A stretch of 64,000 bases of DNA. Source: a candidate division WOR-3 bacterium (lineage in GTDB: Bacteria; Hydrothermota; Tepidihabitantia; Tepidihabitantales; JBDRVQ01). A program made the translations under genes and the position numbers. Of this stretch, positions 9,026 through 19,029 are shown piece by piece (the first letter of the stretch is position 1; the number at the start of each line of letters is the position of its first letter). Where the stretch lies: positions 29,635 to 93,634 of the forward strand of contig JBDRVQ010000001.1 of assembly GCA_039801905.1 (NCBI GenBank), in the 5' to 3' direction. The notes below the pieces were generated by a model. It saw only the letters and a program-made list of their open reading frames with translations. It made no database searches and was not told where the DNA came from.

Positions 9026-12000
9026 ATGGCAGAAGAACTTCTCACCACCTTAGTCCGCTCGCCCGCGGGTTCGGGTAAGACCGAACGTTTAGCCCGAAGG
9101 TACATTGCCTTATTAAAAAGGGGTGTCCCACCCGAAAGAATTTTAACCATCACCTTTACGGAAAAGGCAGCGGCGGAGATGAAAGAGCGCATCTTTCGCA
9201 TCCTAAGAAAAGAAGACCCGGATTTGGAGAGGAAGTTGAAGGAGAGTATCTTAAAGTTAAGGATCTCCACGATTGACTCTTTCTGCTTCTCTTTAATTCG
9301 CACCTTTTCCCCTTATTTAGAATTACCACCAGATTTGGAGGTCAATCCGGAAAGCGAAATCTTGTGGCTTCTCTCCTCTTATGACACCCTCATGGGCATC
9401 GCCCAAGAGAGAAATTCTCCGGATTATTCCCTCTTATCGGACTTAATCTCGGATGGTGGTTTTCGCGGTTGGCCCAACCTTCTTAAACTCTTTCAGGAAC
9501 TGTTCAAAAAACGGATCGCCCTTCTGAGGCGGACAACCGAAGAAGAACTTGATATTGATCACTATCTCTCCCAATTGACGAAAATGGGCATTGATTTACC
9601 ACTGGAACCGGAGAAAGATAAGGTGGAGTCCCTCTTCTTATTCTTAGAAAAAAATCGGCATCTCTTTCTCACCAAAAGAGGAGAAGTGCGGAAGGCAAGG
9701 AAAGGGGAAGAAATTGACTATGAGAGATTGAAAGAGTTTTATATCCTCTTGGCAAAGAGATACTACCAAGGGTATTTTGAGAAGATCCTCTCCCTCTTCC
9801 AAAACCGCTTCTTGGCGGAATATAAAGAGAGGAAACACCAGAAAGGAATTTTAGATTTTCCCGATTTGGAGTTTTTAGTCTTTGACCTTTTGACCAATTT
9901 TCCGGAATGGCAGAATATCCTTTATCTCTTTGACCAGCACACCGACCACATCTTGGTGGACGAGTTTCAGGATACCTCCTTCTTGCAGTGGGCAATCATT
10001 GACAAATTGACTGAGGAGTGGCGAAGCGGTTGGGGAGCGAAGCGGGAGAGAGAAATTGAACCGACCCTATTTTTGGTGGGGGATGAGAAGCAATCAATTT
10101 ATTTCTTCCGCAATGCCCAATCCGAAATCTTTGCCCGAGCCAAAAAGAAATTGGCAGTTTATTTAGGGAATAAGTTCCGCGAGGAGACGGTTAAGGATAA
10201 TTACCGAAGTCTTAATGCCATCATTGAATTTACCAACTACTTCTTCTCCCGACTTTTTATCGGTGGGGAAGGGAAACCATTCTGGCAGACCCCTTACTCC
10301 GAATTCATCGGGCGGCGGCAAAATGCCGCACTGGGAAAGGTGGAGATAATTTTAGACAAAAAGGAAGGGAAGATGCCAGAAAGGAGGAAACTGGAAGCAG
10401 AACTTATCGCCCAGCGGATTAAAACCCTTTTGGGAGAGAAAATTGTCTTTGATCGGGAGGAGAAACCAATCCCCGCCGGTTATGAGCATTTTGCCATTCT
10501 CCTAAGGCGCCGAACCCATCTTCCCCTTTACGAGAAAGCCTTAAAGGATGCCGCTATACCTTATCTGGTGGTGAAAGGGGTTGGCTTCTATCAAGAAATA
10601 GAAGTGCAACTCCTTTGCGCCTTAGTTAACTTCTTAGTAGAACCAACTGATAATTTTAGCCTCTACCTCATCTTAAAGTTTCTCTTCTCTCTATCCGAGA
10701 AGGAGATTCTCCTCCTCCAGAGTCGGGCGGGAGAATGCCTCTACCAAAAGTTGGAAAAGGGGAAGAAAGAGATTGCAGAAGAACTCGCCTCCTATCGGGA
10801 AAAGATTTTTAAACTTCCCATTTCCCTTCTCTTAGAAGAGATTCTCAATCGGCGGGGCGTCTGGCGACTCTTCCCTTCGGACCAACAGTATTCCAATATA
10901 AAGAAGTTCATTCGCATCTGTGAGGAATTAGAATGGGAAGGAAAATCTCCTTGGGAGATAAGAGAATATCTGTCAAGGGCGAAGAAGAATACCGATGAAC
11001 CAAAGGCGGATGTCTCTTGGGAAGGGATCAAGGCGGTGCGGATTATGACCGTGCATGCGGCGAAGGGGTTAGAATTTCCCATTGTCTTCTTCGCTGGTTT
11101 GGATGAAAATTTACTCTCCCATCAGGGCAAGGAAGACTTTGTCATAGAAGAAGGGGAGGAAGGGGTTTCTCTCCTCTACCTTCCGGAAAAGAACCTCCAA
11201 AAAGAAGAGCCCCTCTTTCAAGAAAGGGAAGAGAAGCAATTGGAGGAGGAGAAGAGGATATTTTATGTCGCCTGCACCCGGGCTCGGGATTATCTTGTCC
11301 TTACCGGAATCATTCCCGATAAAGTGTCCCGCTCCCGCCTCCAATGGCTCCAAAATATCTTCTCCCTAGAATGGCGGGAAGGGAAAATTTCCTCGCCGGT
11401 GAAATTGCCGGGGTTAGAATTTCTTTCCGGAGAAGAGGTCTTATCATTAGCGAAGAAAAAAGAGGAAGGAGAAAAGGTAAAAGAAGAGGTGAAGACCTCT
11501 CCCCTATTCCTTTCGGAAATCACAGAAAGGGAAAAGATCATTAAGCCGGTCACCAAAGAGACGAATGAAGATTTAAGGCGCCACGGCGAAGGGGCAATCC
11601 TTTTTGGCAAGGTGATGCATAAGATATTAGAGAAGATTGCCCGAGGGGATCTCGCTTGGCAGAAAGAAGCCGTCTCCCGGATGGGCGAGCGGCTTTTCCT
11701 TTTAGCCGGTGTCCCCCAAAAAGAATTAAAAATCTGGGTGCGAGGAATTTGGCAACAGTTGTCCGTCTTAGAAAAGTCAAACTTGAAAGAGATTATTCTG
11801 CCGCAAGAGGGAAGTTATGCGGAATTACCCTTCCTTTTGGCGGATGGGGATTTTATCTATCAGGGAAGGATTGACCGGGTGATTGTCCGGAAAGAAGAAG
11901 TGGCAATCTATGACTACAAAACCTATCGCGTTAAGGGGGAAGAGATTCCCTTCCTCCTTGACTTTTACGAAAGGGAGCAGATGGCAATTTACCGGAAAGC

Positions 12001-12112
12001 CGCTTCGCTTTTCTTCCCTGGGAAGAGAGTGCGTGCCTATTTAATCTTCACCGCTTTGGGTAAAATCTTTCCCCTTTTTGCTAATTCTCGGGAAATAAGT
12101 CTCACTCCATAA
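9026..12112 (+). CDS. addA: ATP-dependent helicase/nuclease subunit A (UvrD/PcrA-like helicase with C-terminal RecB nuclease)
   Basis: Walker A SPAGSGKT with UvrD-family motifs. C-terminal IYDYKTYR nuclease motif. 1028 aa. Confidence 0.85.
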   Translation: MAEELLTTLVRSPAGSGKTERLARRYIALLKRGVPPERILTITFTEKAAAEMKERIFRILRKEDPDLERKLKESILKLRISTIDSFCFSLIRTFSPYLELPPDLEVNPESEILWLLSSYDTLMGIAQERNSPDYSLLSDLISDGGFRGWPNLLKLFQELFKKRIALLRRTTEEELDIDHYLSQLTKMGIDLPLEPEKDKVESLFLFLEKNRHLFLTKRGEVRKARKGEEIDYERLKEFYILLAKRYYQGYFEKILSLFQNRFLAEYKERKHQKGILDFPDLEFLVFDLLTNFPEWQNILYLFDQHTDHILVDEFQDTSFLQWAIIDKLTEEWRSGWGAKREREIEPTLFLVGDEKQSIYFFRNAQSEIFARAKKKLAVYLGNKFREETVKDNYRSLNAIIEFTNYFFSRLFIGGEGKPFWQTPYSEFIGRRQNAALGKVEIILDKKEGKMPERRKLEAELIAQRIKTLLGEKIVFDREEKPIPAGYEHFAILLRRRTHLPLYEKALKDAAIPYLVVKGVGFYQEIEVQLLCALVNFLVEPTDNFSLYLILKFLFSLSEKEILLLQSRAGECLYQKLEKGKKEIAEELASYREKIFKLPISLLLEEILNRRGVWRLFPSDQQYSNIKKFIRICEELEWEGKSPWEIREYLSRAKKNTDEPKADVSWEGIKAVRIMTVHAAKGLEFPIVFFAGLDENLLSHQGKEDFVIEEGEEGVSLLYLPEKNLQKEEPLFQEREEKQLEEEKRIFYVACTRARDYLVLTGIIPDKVSRSRLQWLQNIFSLEWREGKISSPVKLPGLEFLSGEEVLSLAKKKEEGEKVKEEVKTSPLFLSEITEREKIIKPVTKETNEDLRRHGEGAILFGKVMHKILEKIARGDLAWQKEAVSRMGERLFLLAGVPQKELKIWVRGIWQQLSVLEKSNLKEIILPQEGSYAELPFLLADGDFIYQGRIDRVIVRKEEVAIYDYKTYRVKGEEIPFLLDFYEREQMAIYRKAASLFFPGKRVRAYLIFTALGKIFPLFANSREISLTP

Positions 12113-12228
12113 TTTGTTCCCTTTCGGTTTAAGATGGATTTGCCATTAATCTTAAAGCTTTTGGAGTATTACTAAAGATAGGGTCATAGAGTGGTTATGA
12201 TCACTGGTAATGCTTGCAGAGAGATTTC

Positions 12229-12257
12229 TTGACGGAAGAGGAGATTTTTCTTATATT
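12229..12257 (+). promoter_or_regulatory. sigma-70-like promoter TTGACG -17- TATATT, 5 nt upstream of the ybbR ATG (leaderless)
   Basis: Read directly from the sequence. Confidence 0.45.
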
Positions 12258-12262
12258 GGGAA

Positions 12263-13156
12263 ATGAGAAATTTCTTCTTCCGAGATATCCCCTTAAAGAT
12301 CTTTGCCCTCTTCCTCTCTTTGGCAATTTGGTTCTTCGCCACCCTGGAACGGAACTACATCGTCACCTACCGCCTCCCTGTTCGGTTTAAGGGAATTCCT
12401 CCCCAGAAGATTATCTCCTACCAGTCCGAAGAATTCGTTGATTTGGTTTTGGAAGGGAAGGGAAAGGATTTTTTGTTCTGGCGGCGGGCTAACTTGGTTT
12501 ATGAGATTCCATTGTCGGAGGCGCGACTGGGAAGACAGAGGATGAGGTTCAAACCAGAAGACTTAAAAGTAAAGGAGGGGATTAAAATTGTCGCTTTTCG
12601 CCCGGAATACCTTGATTTTGAGATTGATAATTTAGGGGAAAAACCGGTGGCGATTAAAGTCTCCTGGGAGGGAGAGATGGAAAAGGGATTTTACCTTACC
12701 GATTGGGAAGTCTTGGACACTGTTTTTCTTTCCGCTCCGAAGGGAGAACTACCTTTTATTAACTTCCTTCCCACAGAACCCTTCTCCTTAAAAGGGGTTA
12801 AAAGATCGGTGGTGAAGGAACTGAAGGTAATTTTGCCCGAAAAGAGAGGTTTTTCTGTCCGACCGGAAAGGGTCCGGGTGAAATTAGTAGTAGAACCAGA
12901 AACGACTGTCACCCTGGAAGGAATTTTGGTGAGACCAAATAGAAGAGGGGTGAAGGTGAGCCCAAAAGAGGCGCAGATTACCGTTTCTGGTCCCCCCTCC
13001 CGGCTCAAAGAGATAAAGGGAGAAGAGATTAAAGCCTTGTTAACGGTTGATACCTTAAAGCCAGGGATTTATTATCTACCCGCTCAGATATTTTTACCTC
13101 CGGGATTATCCTTTGAGCGATGCACACCGGATAAGTTCCAAGTGGAGGTGCGATAG
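12263..13156 (+). CDS. YbbR-domain protein (CdaR-like regulator)
   Basis: N-terminal TM segment followed by repeated YbbR-like beta domains. Operonic with tsaD. Confidence 0.55.
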   Translation: MRNFFFRDIPLKIFALFLSLAIWFFATLERNYIVTYRLPVRFKGIPPQKIISYQSEEFVDLVLEGKGKDFLFWRRANLVYEIPLSEARLGRQRMRFKPEDLKVKEGIKIVAFRPEYLDFEIDNLGEKPVAIKVSWEGEMEKGFYLTDWEVLDTVFLSAPKGELPFINFLPTEPFSLKGVKRSVVKELKVILPEKRGFSVRPERVRVKLVVEPETTVTLEGILVRPNRRGVKVSPKEAQITVSGPPSRLKEIKGEEIKALLTVDTLKPGIYYLPAQIFLPPGLSFERCTPDKFQVEVR

Positions 13157-14136
13157 TGTATATCTTAGGTATTGAGACTTCTTGTGATGAGACCTGTGCG
13201 GCGGTTTTGCGGGATGGAAGAGAGATTCTTTCTAATGTTGTCTCCTCCCAGTATCTCCATTCCCGCTACGGTGGGGTGATACCGGAGGTGGCTTCCCGGG
13301 CGCACATTAAGCATTTAGTCCCGATTACGGAGACCGCCCTGGCAGTAGCCGGAATCGGCTTTTCGGAAATTGATCTCATCACCGCCACTTACGGACCAGG
13401 GCTCATCGGCTCTCTTCTCGTTGGGCTCTCCTTTGCCAAGGGTTTATCTTTAAGCCTCAATAAACCATTCGTGGGGGTGAACCACATTGAAGGACATATC
13501 TTCGCTTCCCTCCTCGCTTATCCCGAAATTAAACCTCCTTTCCTCTCCCTCATCATCTCCGGTGGCCATACCGAGATTTACTTGGTGAAAGAGATTGGCC
13601 AGTACCATTTATTAGGGATGACCTTAGACGACGCCTGCGGAGAGGCATTTGACAAGGTAGGAAAGTTATTAGGATTTCCTTATCCCGCAGGATTTAAGAT
13701 TGAAGAGATAGCAAGGGAAGGGAAAAGAAGCATTAACTTCCCTATCCCCAAAGTTAATGGAGCCAATTTCAGTTTCTCGGGCTTGAAGACCGCGGTGCTC
13801 TATTTTTTGAAAGATAATCCTCACTATCCGAAGGAAGATATCGCCCATTCCTTTCAAGAAGTTGTATTTGACTTCTTAGAAGAGAAGATTGTTTTCGCGG
13901 TGCAAGAAGTTTCTTTGCGCCTGATGACCGTTTCCGGTGGGGTGGCGGCGAATAGTCGATTGAGAGCGCGTCTGGCACAATTAGGAAGAAGGGAAGGAAT
14001 AAGATTTTACATCCCACCCCTTTCCCTCTGCACCGACAATGCGGCAATGATTGCCGCTTGTGGTTATGAGAGATTTAAGCGGTTCGGCTCTTCGCCGTTG
14101 GATCTACCAGCGAAGGCGAACGAAATCTTAACCTGA
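13156..14136 (+). CDS. tsaD: tRNA N6-adenosine threonylcarbamoyltransferase
   Basis: MYILGIETSCDETCAAV N-terminus and the metal-binding HIEGH motif of the Kae1/TsaD family. Confidence 0.9.
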   Translation: MYILGIETSCDETCAAVLRDGREILSNVVSSQYLHSRYGGVIPEVASRAHIKHLVPITETALAVAGIGFSEIDLITATYGPGLIGSLLVGLSFAKGLSLSLNKPFVGVNHIEGHIFASLLAYPEIKPPFLSLIISGGHTEIYLVKEIGQYHLLGMTLDDACGEAFDKVGKLLGFPYPAGFKIEEIAREGKRSINFPIPKVNGANFSFSGLKTAVLYFLKDNPHYPKEDIAHSFQEVVFDFLEEKIVFAVQEVSLRLMTVSGGVAANSRLRARLAQLGRREGIRFYIPPLSLCTDNAAMIAACGYERFKRFGSSPLDLPAKANEILT

Positions 14137-15048
14137 GACCATCTCCTTCGCCCATTTCCGACAAAGTCTTATCGCTTCTTCCATCCCCCGGGAATCTGCC
14201 ACCCCCTTCCCCGCGATGTCAAAGGCGGTGCCGTGCAAAGGAGAGGTACGAATGAAGGGAAGACCTAAGGTGGTATTTATCCCTTTACCCTTGCCGATTG
14301 TTTTCACCATTATCATCCCCTGGTCATGATAGGGGGAAATAAAACCATCGTATCTCTTATAATAAAAGAGAAAGGAATCGGCTGGTAAAGTCCCTACGAT
14401 ATCAATTCCTAAATCTTTTAGCCTCTTTATTCCTTTCGCCATCTCCTTCTCTTCTCCCCGGGAAAATTCTCCACCGTGGGGATTGAGAGAGAAGAGACCG
14501 ATCCTTGGTGATTCAATCCCCTCAAGCCGATGGAGGAAATCATAAAGGAGAAGGCCCTTTTCCACTACCCAACGAGTTTTAATCCGAGAAGGTACTTCTT
14601 TCAAAGGACAATGTAAGGTGAGAAAGGCAATCTTTATCTTCTTATGATAGGCTAAGAAACAATAATTTCTCACCCCAAACTCCTGGGCGAAGAATTCGGT
14701 CTGGCCGGGATAAGGGAAGCCAATTCGGTAGAGGTTGCTCTTAGAAATGGGAGCGGTAACTATCCCTTTCGCCTCTCCCTTCTTTATTAAAGAAACGCCA
14801 ACCTTTAAGCCCTCCCAGGCAAATTGAGCGGTCTTCCGATCCGGTTTGCCAAAGGTAAAATCAATCCCCGGTAGAAAGTCTAAAAGATACGGTTCAAAAT
14901 CAATCGCTATCTTTAGTTTTTCTCTCAATTTTGTCAAAAGAACCCGAGCACCAATAATCTTCACTTCCTGGGGTGGGAATTTAGCAATCGCCTTTAAGAC
15001 AACCTCCGGACCAATCCCTGTTATCTCACCTAAGGTGACAACCACCAC
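14128..15048 (-). CDS. pdxA: 4-hydroxythreonine-4-phosphate dehydrogenase
   Basis: GLPFIRTSPLHGTAFDIAGKG and HDQGMIMVK motifs. The ORF extends to 15150 but a GTG at 15048 fits the PdxA N-terminus (VVTLGEITGIGPEV) and avoids overlap with the upstream gene. Start is uncertain. Confidence 0.75.
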   Translation of the reverse strand: MVVVTLGEITGIGPEVVLKAIAKFPPQEVKIIGARVLLTKLREKLKIAIDFEPYLLDFLPGIDFTFGKPDRKTAQFAWEGLKVGVSLIKKGEAKGIVTAPISKSNLYRIGFPYPGQTEFFAQEFGVRNYCFLAYHKKIKIAFLTLHCPLKEVPSRIKTRWVVEKGLLLYDFLHRLEGIESPRIGLFSLNPHGGEFSRGEEKEMAKGIKRLKDLGIDIVGTLPADSFLFYYKRYDGFISPYHDQGMIMVKTIGKGKGINTTLGLPFIRTSPLHGTAFDIAGKGVADSRGMEEAIRLCRKWAKEMVSG

Positions 15049-15076
15049 GAGAACTATCTTTTGACCATTATTACCA

Positions 15077-15910
15077 TCAATAGGTCGCCAGTATCCCTTG
15101 CCTTCGGGTATAGCGGTCAATGAGGTTGAATACCAAAATCCCGAAGGCAATCCAAAGGAAGCAGAGGAGAATCAATCGGAGAAAGAGGGTGGTTAAAGAA
15201 AAGGGAATTCTTTCCCCGATTAGGAAGTGCCTCACCCCTAAAACCCCATAAGTGGCTGGAACAAAAAGTGCCGCCTTTTGGAGAAAAAGAGGCAAAACCG
15301 CCAAGGGGTAAGCGATCGGCGTGATGACCATCATTATTCCCGAAAGGGCTTCCGAGACCAACCAACCCTGTTTGAAGATGAGGGTGAGTGCCGCCACCAT
15401 CATTCCAAAACCATAGAGGGCAAAAAGCATTAGGGCGATAATTAAAAGAGAAGGCAAAATACCACCAACCTTTATCGTAAAAGAGAAGATGATATACATC
15501 ACAATCAATTGAAAGATGACAATTATTGACTGGTGCAGGGTAGAATGGCAAGCCATCCCTAAGGCGAAGACCCAACGGGGAACCGGGGTAGCAAAGACGA
15601 TCTCTAAGGTGCCGTGAAATTGCTCTTTTCTTAAAGAGAAACCCATCGCCCAAAGCGCCATATTCAAAAAACCGATGAAGATATAACCTAATATGACAAA
15701 GGTGATAATATCACTACTTCCCGCGAGTTTCTCTAAATAAGGAGAAGAACGGCCCCCAACAATAGCGATACCGTAAAGGAGATGGGGCAAAAGGTAGACT
15801 AACGGGTCAATCATTCCTCGGATAAAATCCGCCTTATAAGCCAATTCTATCTTCCACTCTTTAATATTTTCCGCCCAGATTGCTCGCAGATATCCGATCA
15901 GCCTCTTCAT
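15077..15910 (-). CDS. ABC-2 family transporter permease
   Basis: Six predicted TM helices. Paralogous to the next gene. Likely start at MKRLIGYL (ORF extends to 15997). Confidence 0.7.
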   Translation of the reverse strand: MKRLIGYLRAIWAENIKEWKIELAYKADFIRGMIDPLVYLLPHLLYGIAIVGGRSSPYLEKLAGSSDIITFVILGYIFIGFLNMALWAMGFSLRKEQFHGTLEIVFATPVPRWVFALGMACHSTLHQSIIVIFQLIVMYIIFSFTIKVGGILPSLLIIALMLFALYGFGMMVAALTLIFKQGWLVSEALSGIMMVITPIAYPLAVLPLFLQKAALFVPATYGVLGVRHFLIGERIPFSLTTLFLRLILLCFLWIAFGILVFNLIDRYTRRQGILATY

Positions 15911-15911
15911 T

Positions 15912-16748
15912 TTAATACATAGCAATCGTCCCCATCCTTCTCGTCTTCTTTTCCAGATAAGTAAAAAGTAAGATACCAACCAGGAGGAAGACAACATCCA
16001 TAATCCCTAAGAGGAGAATTGTCTGACCCAAATCCAAAATTCTCTTATTTAAGAGAACAATCGCCCGCACCGCCACTAAGGCATAGGTCAAAGGCAAAAG
16101 AAGGGAGATAGTCTTCGTGATGGGATTTATCTCCACCGGATAGCGGATTGGGGAAAAGAGATAAAAGACCCATTCTAAGGTGTGGACAAATCCATGAACC
16201 TCTTTAATTAATAGGGTAAATCCGGCTAGACCAATCGCCAAGCCGTAAAAGCCAATGAGAAGTAATAAAACAATTAAGACCACAGGCAAAATTTGCTTTA
16301 CCCCCACCCTTAAATCTAAAAGGAATACCGAAATTAGTACCTGGGCAATAACCACCACCGTGGCATAGAGAAATTCCACCACCGTCTTACCGATAAGAAT
16401 TACCATCGGGTGGGTGGGAGAGACAAACATATACTCCAAGGTTCCCCAATAAGTCTCCTCCCGGAGCGCATTCCCTACCCCCCATAAACCAGAAAAGATG
16501 TAAGTAGAGATGATTGCTCCCAAAAGGACAAAGGAGAGGTAGTTAGCGCTTCCCGTTAGGTTCTTAAAGGATTCACTGGTTAAACTACCAACGAATGCCT
16601 TGCCTTGAAAGATAAAAGGTAATACCCAGATTAAAGGGAAAATTCCCCAGAAGACAAGCATTATCGGATAGGTGAACCAAATTTTTATCGTCTTTATCAC
16701 CTCCGCCTTAATCACCCGCAGATTTCTCAAAATTACCTCTCTCTTCAT
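15912..16748 (-). CDS. ABC-2 family transporter permease (paralogue)
   Basis: Polytopic membrane protein with an N-terminus similar to the neighbouring permease. Confidence 0.7.
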   Translation of the reverse strand: MKREVILRNLRVIKAEVIKTIKIWFTYPIMLVFWGIFPLIWVLPFIFQGKAFVGSLTSESFKNLTGSANYLSFVLLGAIISTYIFSGLWGVGNALREETYWGTLEYMFVSPTHPMVILIGKTVVEFLYATVVVIAQVLISVFLLDLRVGVKQILPVVLIVLLLLIGFYGLAIGLAGFTLLIKEVHGFVHTLEWVFYLFSPIRYPVEINPITKTISLLLPLTYALVAVRAIVLLNKRILDLGQTILLLGIMDVVFLLVGILLFTYLEKKTRRMGTIAMY

Positions 16749-17740
16749 TCTGCCAAATTTTCTTTGGTATCTTCCTTTAAGGAAGTTCCCGTAATATAAA
16801 GGAAAACATCCTCTAAGGTTGGCTCCTGGTTATTGATTGACAATATCTTTCCTCCTTCCCCAATCGCCTTAATCGCCTCACTCAGAATCTCCTCCACCCG
16901 GGGGGCGATAATCTTCAAGGTTGTTATCCCATCCTTCGCAAAAGAAGAGATGCTCTCTACCATTGGTATCTTCTCAATCTTACTCTTATCCCAAGAGCCA
17001 AAAAATCTTATCTCTAAAATCTCTTTATGGGGCATCTCCTTTTTATACTCCGCCGGCGTCTTCACATCAACAATCTTACCCTTATTGATAAAGGCGATTC
17101 TGTCGCATAACTCATCCGCCTCTTCCATATAGTGAGTGGTTAAAAGTATCGTCTTTTTATGCCTCCCTTTCAATTCCTCCCGGATAAAATTCCGGATGAA
17201 ACGGGCAAAACCCGGATCCAAACCTAAGGTCGGCTCGTCTAAGAGTAAAACCTTTGGGTCGTGGAGTAAAGCCCGGGCCAAAGATAATTTCTGCTTCATC
17301 CCCGAAGAGTACCTCTCCACCCTTTCGTAAGCCACCTCCTTCAAACCTAAAAGTTCTAAAAGATAGTCAATCCTTTTATCCCGCTCCTTAGGTGAAAGTC
17401 CGTAAAGAGCCGCGAAGAATTTCAGGTTATCAACCGCGGAAAGTTTCCAATAGAGTGTCCTCTCGCCAGAGGTTAAAAGTCCAATATTCCCCTTCGCCCA
17501 AAGGGAATTGGCAAAGACATCCCGACCGAAAAGCAATATCTTCCCACTCTCTGGAATCAATAGAGTAGCGATACACCGAACCAAGGTTGTCTTCCCGGCT
17601 CCGTTCGGACCCAAAAGGCCAAAGATTTCCCCTTCGGCAATGGAGAAACTGGCATTAGCCACCGCCAGGATTTCCCTTTTTTTCAAACCCTTCCCCCGGC
17701 GGAACTTCTTCGTTAAATCCCTAACCTCTAAGGCATTCAT
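16745..17740 (-). CDS. ABC transporter ATP-binding protein (ABC-2 exporter ATPase with C-terminal extension)
   Basis: Walker A GPNGAGKTT, signature LSGGMKQKL, Walker B LLLDEPT. Likely start at MNALEVRDL, overlapping the GT4 stop as ATGA. Confidence 0.85.
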   Translation of the reverse strand: MNALEVRDLTKKFRRGKGLKKREILAVANASFSIAEGEIFGLLGPNGAGKTTLVRCIATLLIPESGKILLFGRDVFANSLWAKGNIGLLTSGERTLYWKLSAVDNLKFFAALYGLSPKERDKRIDYLLELLGLKEVAYERVERYSSGMKQKLSLARALLHDPKVLLLDEPTLGLDPGFARFIRNFIREELKGRHKKTILLTTHYMEEADELCDRIAFINKGKIVDVKTPAEYKKEMPHKEILEIRFFGSWDKSKIEKIPMVESISSFAKDGITTLKIIAPRVEEILSEAIKAIGEGGKILSINNQEPTLEDVFLYITGTSLKEDTKENLAE

Positions 17741-18849
17741 CTCTTCGCCAAAACTAATCTTATCAAATCCTCCATCTTCTGTGCCGACTCCTCCCAGGAG
17801 AATTTTTCTGCCCACATTCTCCCTTCCTTTCCCATTCTATCAACCATCTCCTCATTGTCAAGAAGAAAAGCCATCTTTTCGCTCAACTCTTTAATATCAC
17901 CGTATTGATAAAAAAGTCCAGTCTTTCCTTCTCTTACCGCATCAACCAAACCAGGAGAGCGGGCAGCAATTACCGGTGTGCCGCAGGCATTTGCCTCAAC
18001 AATAATTAGACCCCAACCCTCCTTAATGGAATTCTCAACCAAAAAGTAGGCGGATTGATAAAGATTTAACTTCTCCTCCTCTTTTATATAACCAGTAAAC
18101 TCCACAACCGCCTCCATCCCTAACTCTTTGGTCATCTTTTTTAATCTCATTAAGTCATCCCCATCCCCAACAATCACCACCCGAAAATCCCTTCGCTTCT
18201 GAAATAGGAGATGAGTTGCCAATAATAGATGGTCGGTTGATTTATACCTCTTTAACCGGCCGCAATGCAAAATAATCTTCTCTTTCTTCTTATTAAAATC
18301 CGGTTGGTAAAACTGAGTATCAATTCCGGGTGGAATCACCCTTATCCTTTCGCTAATATCCTTCTTAAATAAGTTAAGCAAATCCCTTTTGGTGCTTTCC
18401 GAAAGAACCGCAAAGTAATTATCCTTATAAACCCAAGGGATGAGATTTTCCGCAAGGTAGACATAGGTGGCAAATAAAAAAGAGGTCTCTTTATAAACCG
18501 CCTTCCGGAAGAGGTGCATCAGGATGGCTAAGACTGGAATCTCTTTTATAAAATAAGGAGAATAAAAGGGTATTTTATTTAAGTCATCAATGATTAAGTC
18601 AAAGTTATTTTCTTTAACAATTCTGGGCAAGAAGCGATACACAGTAAAATTGAAGGTATTTTTTCCGCCCCTTCTTAAAAATCTTATCCCCCCTATTTCC
18701 TCCTCATCCGGCAGATTGGCTCTTTCCGAAAGGTAGGTTATCTTAAACCCTTTTTTTGCCAATCTCCGGAAGATCTCATAAGCATAGACCTCCGCCCCTC
18801 CGGCTAAGGGATTTTTTGGGCAGCGCCAATTGATTAAGAGAACATTCAT
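17737..18849 (-). CDS. glycosyltransferase family 4
   Basis: C-terminal EGWGLIIVEANACGTPVIA GT4 (E-x7-E) region. Confidence 0.8.
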   Translation of the reverse strand: MNVLLINWRCPKNPLAGGAEVYAYEIFRRLAKKGFKITYLSERANLPDEEEIGGIRFLRRGGKNTFNFTVYRFLPRIVKENNFDLIIDDLNKIPFYSPYFIKEIPVLAILMHLFRKAVYKETSFLFATYVYLAENLIPWVYKDNYFAVLSESTKRDLLNLFKKDISERIRVIPPGIDTQFYQPDFNKKKEKIILHCGRLKRYKSTDHLLLATHLLFQKRRDFRVVIVGDGDDLMRLKKMTKELGMEAVVEFTGYIKEEEKLNLYQSAYFLVENSIKEGWGLIIVEANACGTPVIAARSPGLVDAVREGKTGLFYQYGDIKELSEKMAFLLDNEEMVDRMGKEGRMWAEKFSWEESAQKMEDLIRLVLAKR

Positions 18850-18864
18850 TAAAAGAATAGAAAA

Positions 18865-18937
18865 TGGGTCGTGCAGGATTCGAACCTGCGGCCACCGGAT
18901 TAAAAATCCGGTGCTCTGCCACCTGAGCTAACGACCC
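18865..18937 (-). tRNA. tRNA-Lys (anticodon UUU)
   Basis: Cloverleaf read from the sequence: 7-bp acceptor stem GGGTCGT/ACGACCC, anticodon stem CCGGA/TCCGG with loop TTTTTAA, T-loop GGTTCGAATCC. No encoded CCA. Confidence 0.85.
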
Positions 18938-18945
18938 GATAGCTA

Positions 18946-18973
18946 ATCTTAATTAGAAATGGCAAAAAGTCAA
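18946..18973 (-). promoter_or_regulatory. sigma-70-like promoter (TTGACT -16- TAAGAT) placing the start site at the tRNA-Lys 5' end
   Basis: Read from the reverse complement of the sequence. Confidence 0.4.
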
Positions 18974-19029
18974 CTTTCCATATTCCCACCACTATCTTTA
19001 AAAGTACCTAAAGCCGATAGAAAACTTGA

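Noticed and set aside
8839-9303. 154-aa minus-strand ORF spanning the addB/addA junction
   Set aside because: Antisense to two strongly supported genes; no motifs.
15117-15653. 178-aa minus-strand ORF in an alternative frame of the ABC-2 permease
   Set aside because: Same-strand alternative frame inside a well-supported membrane-protein gene; Gly/Pro-rich artefact.
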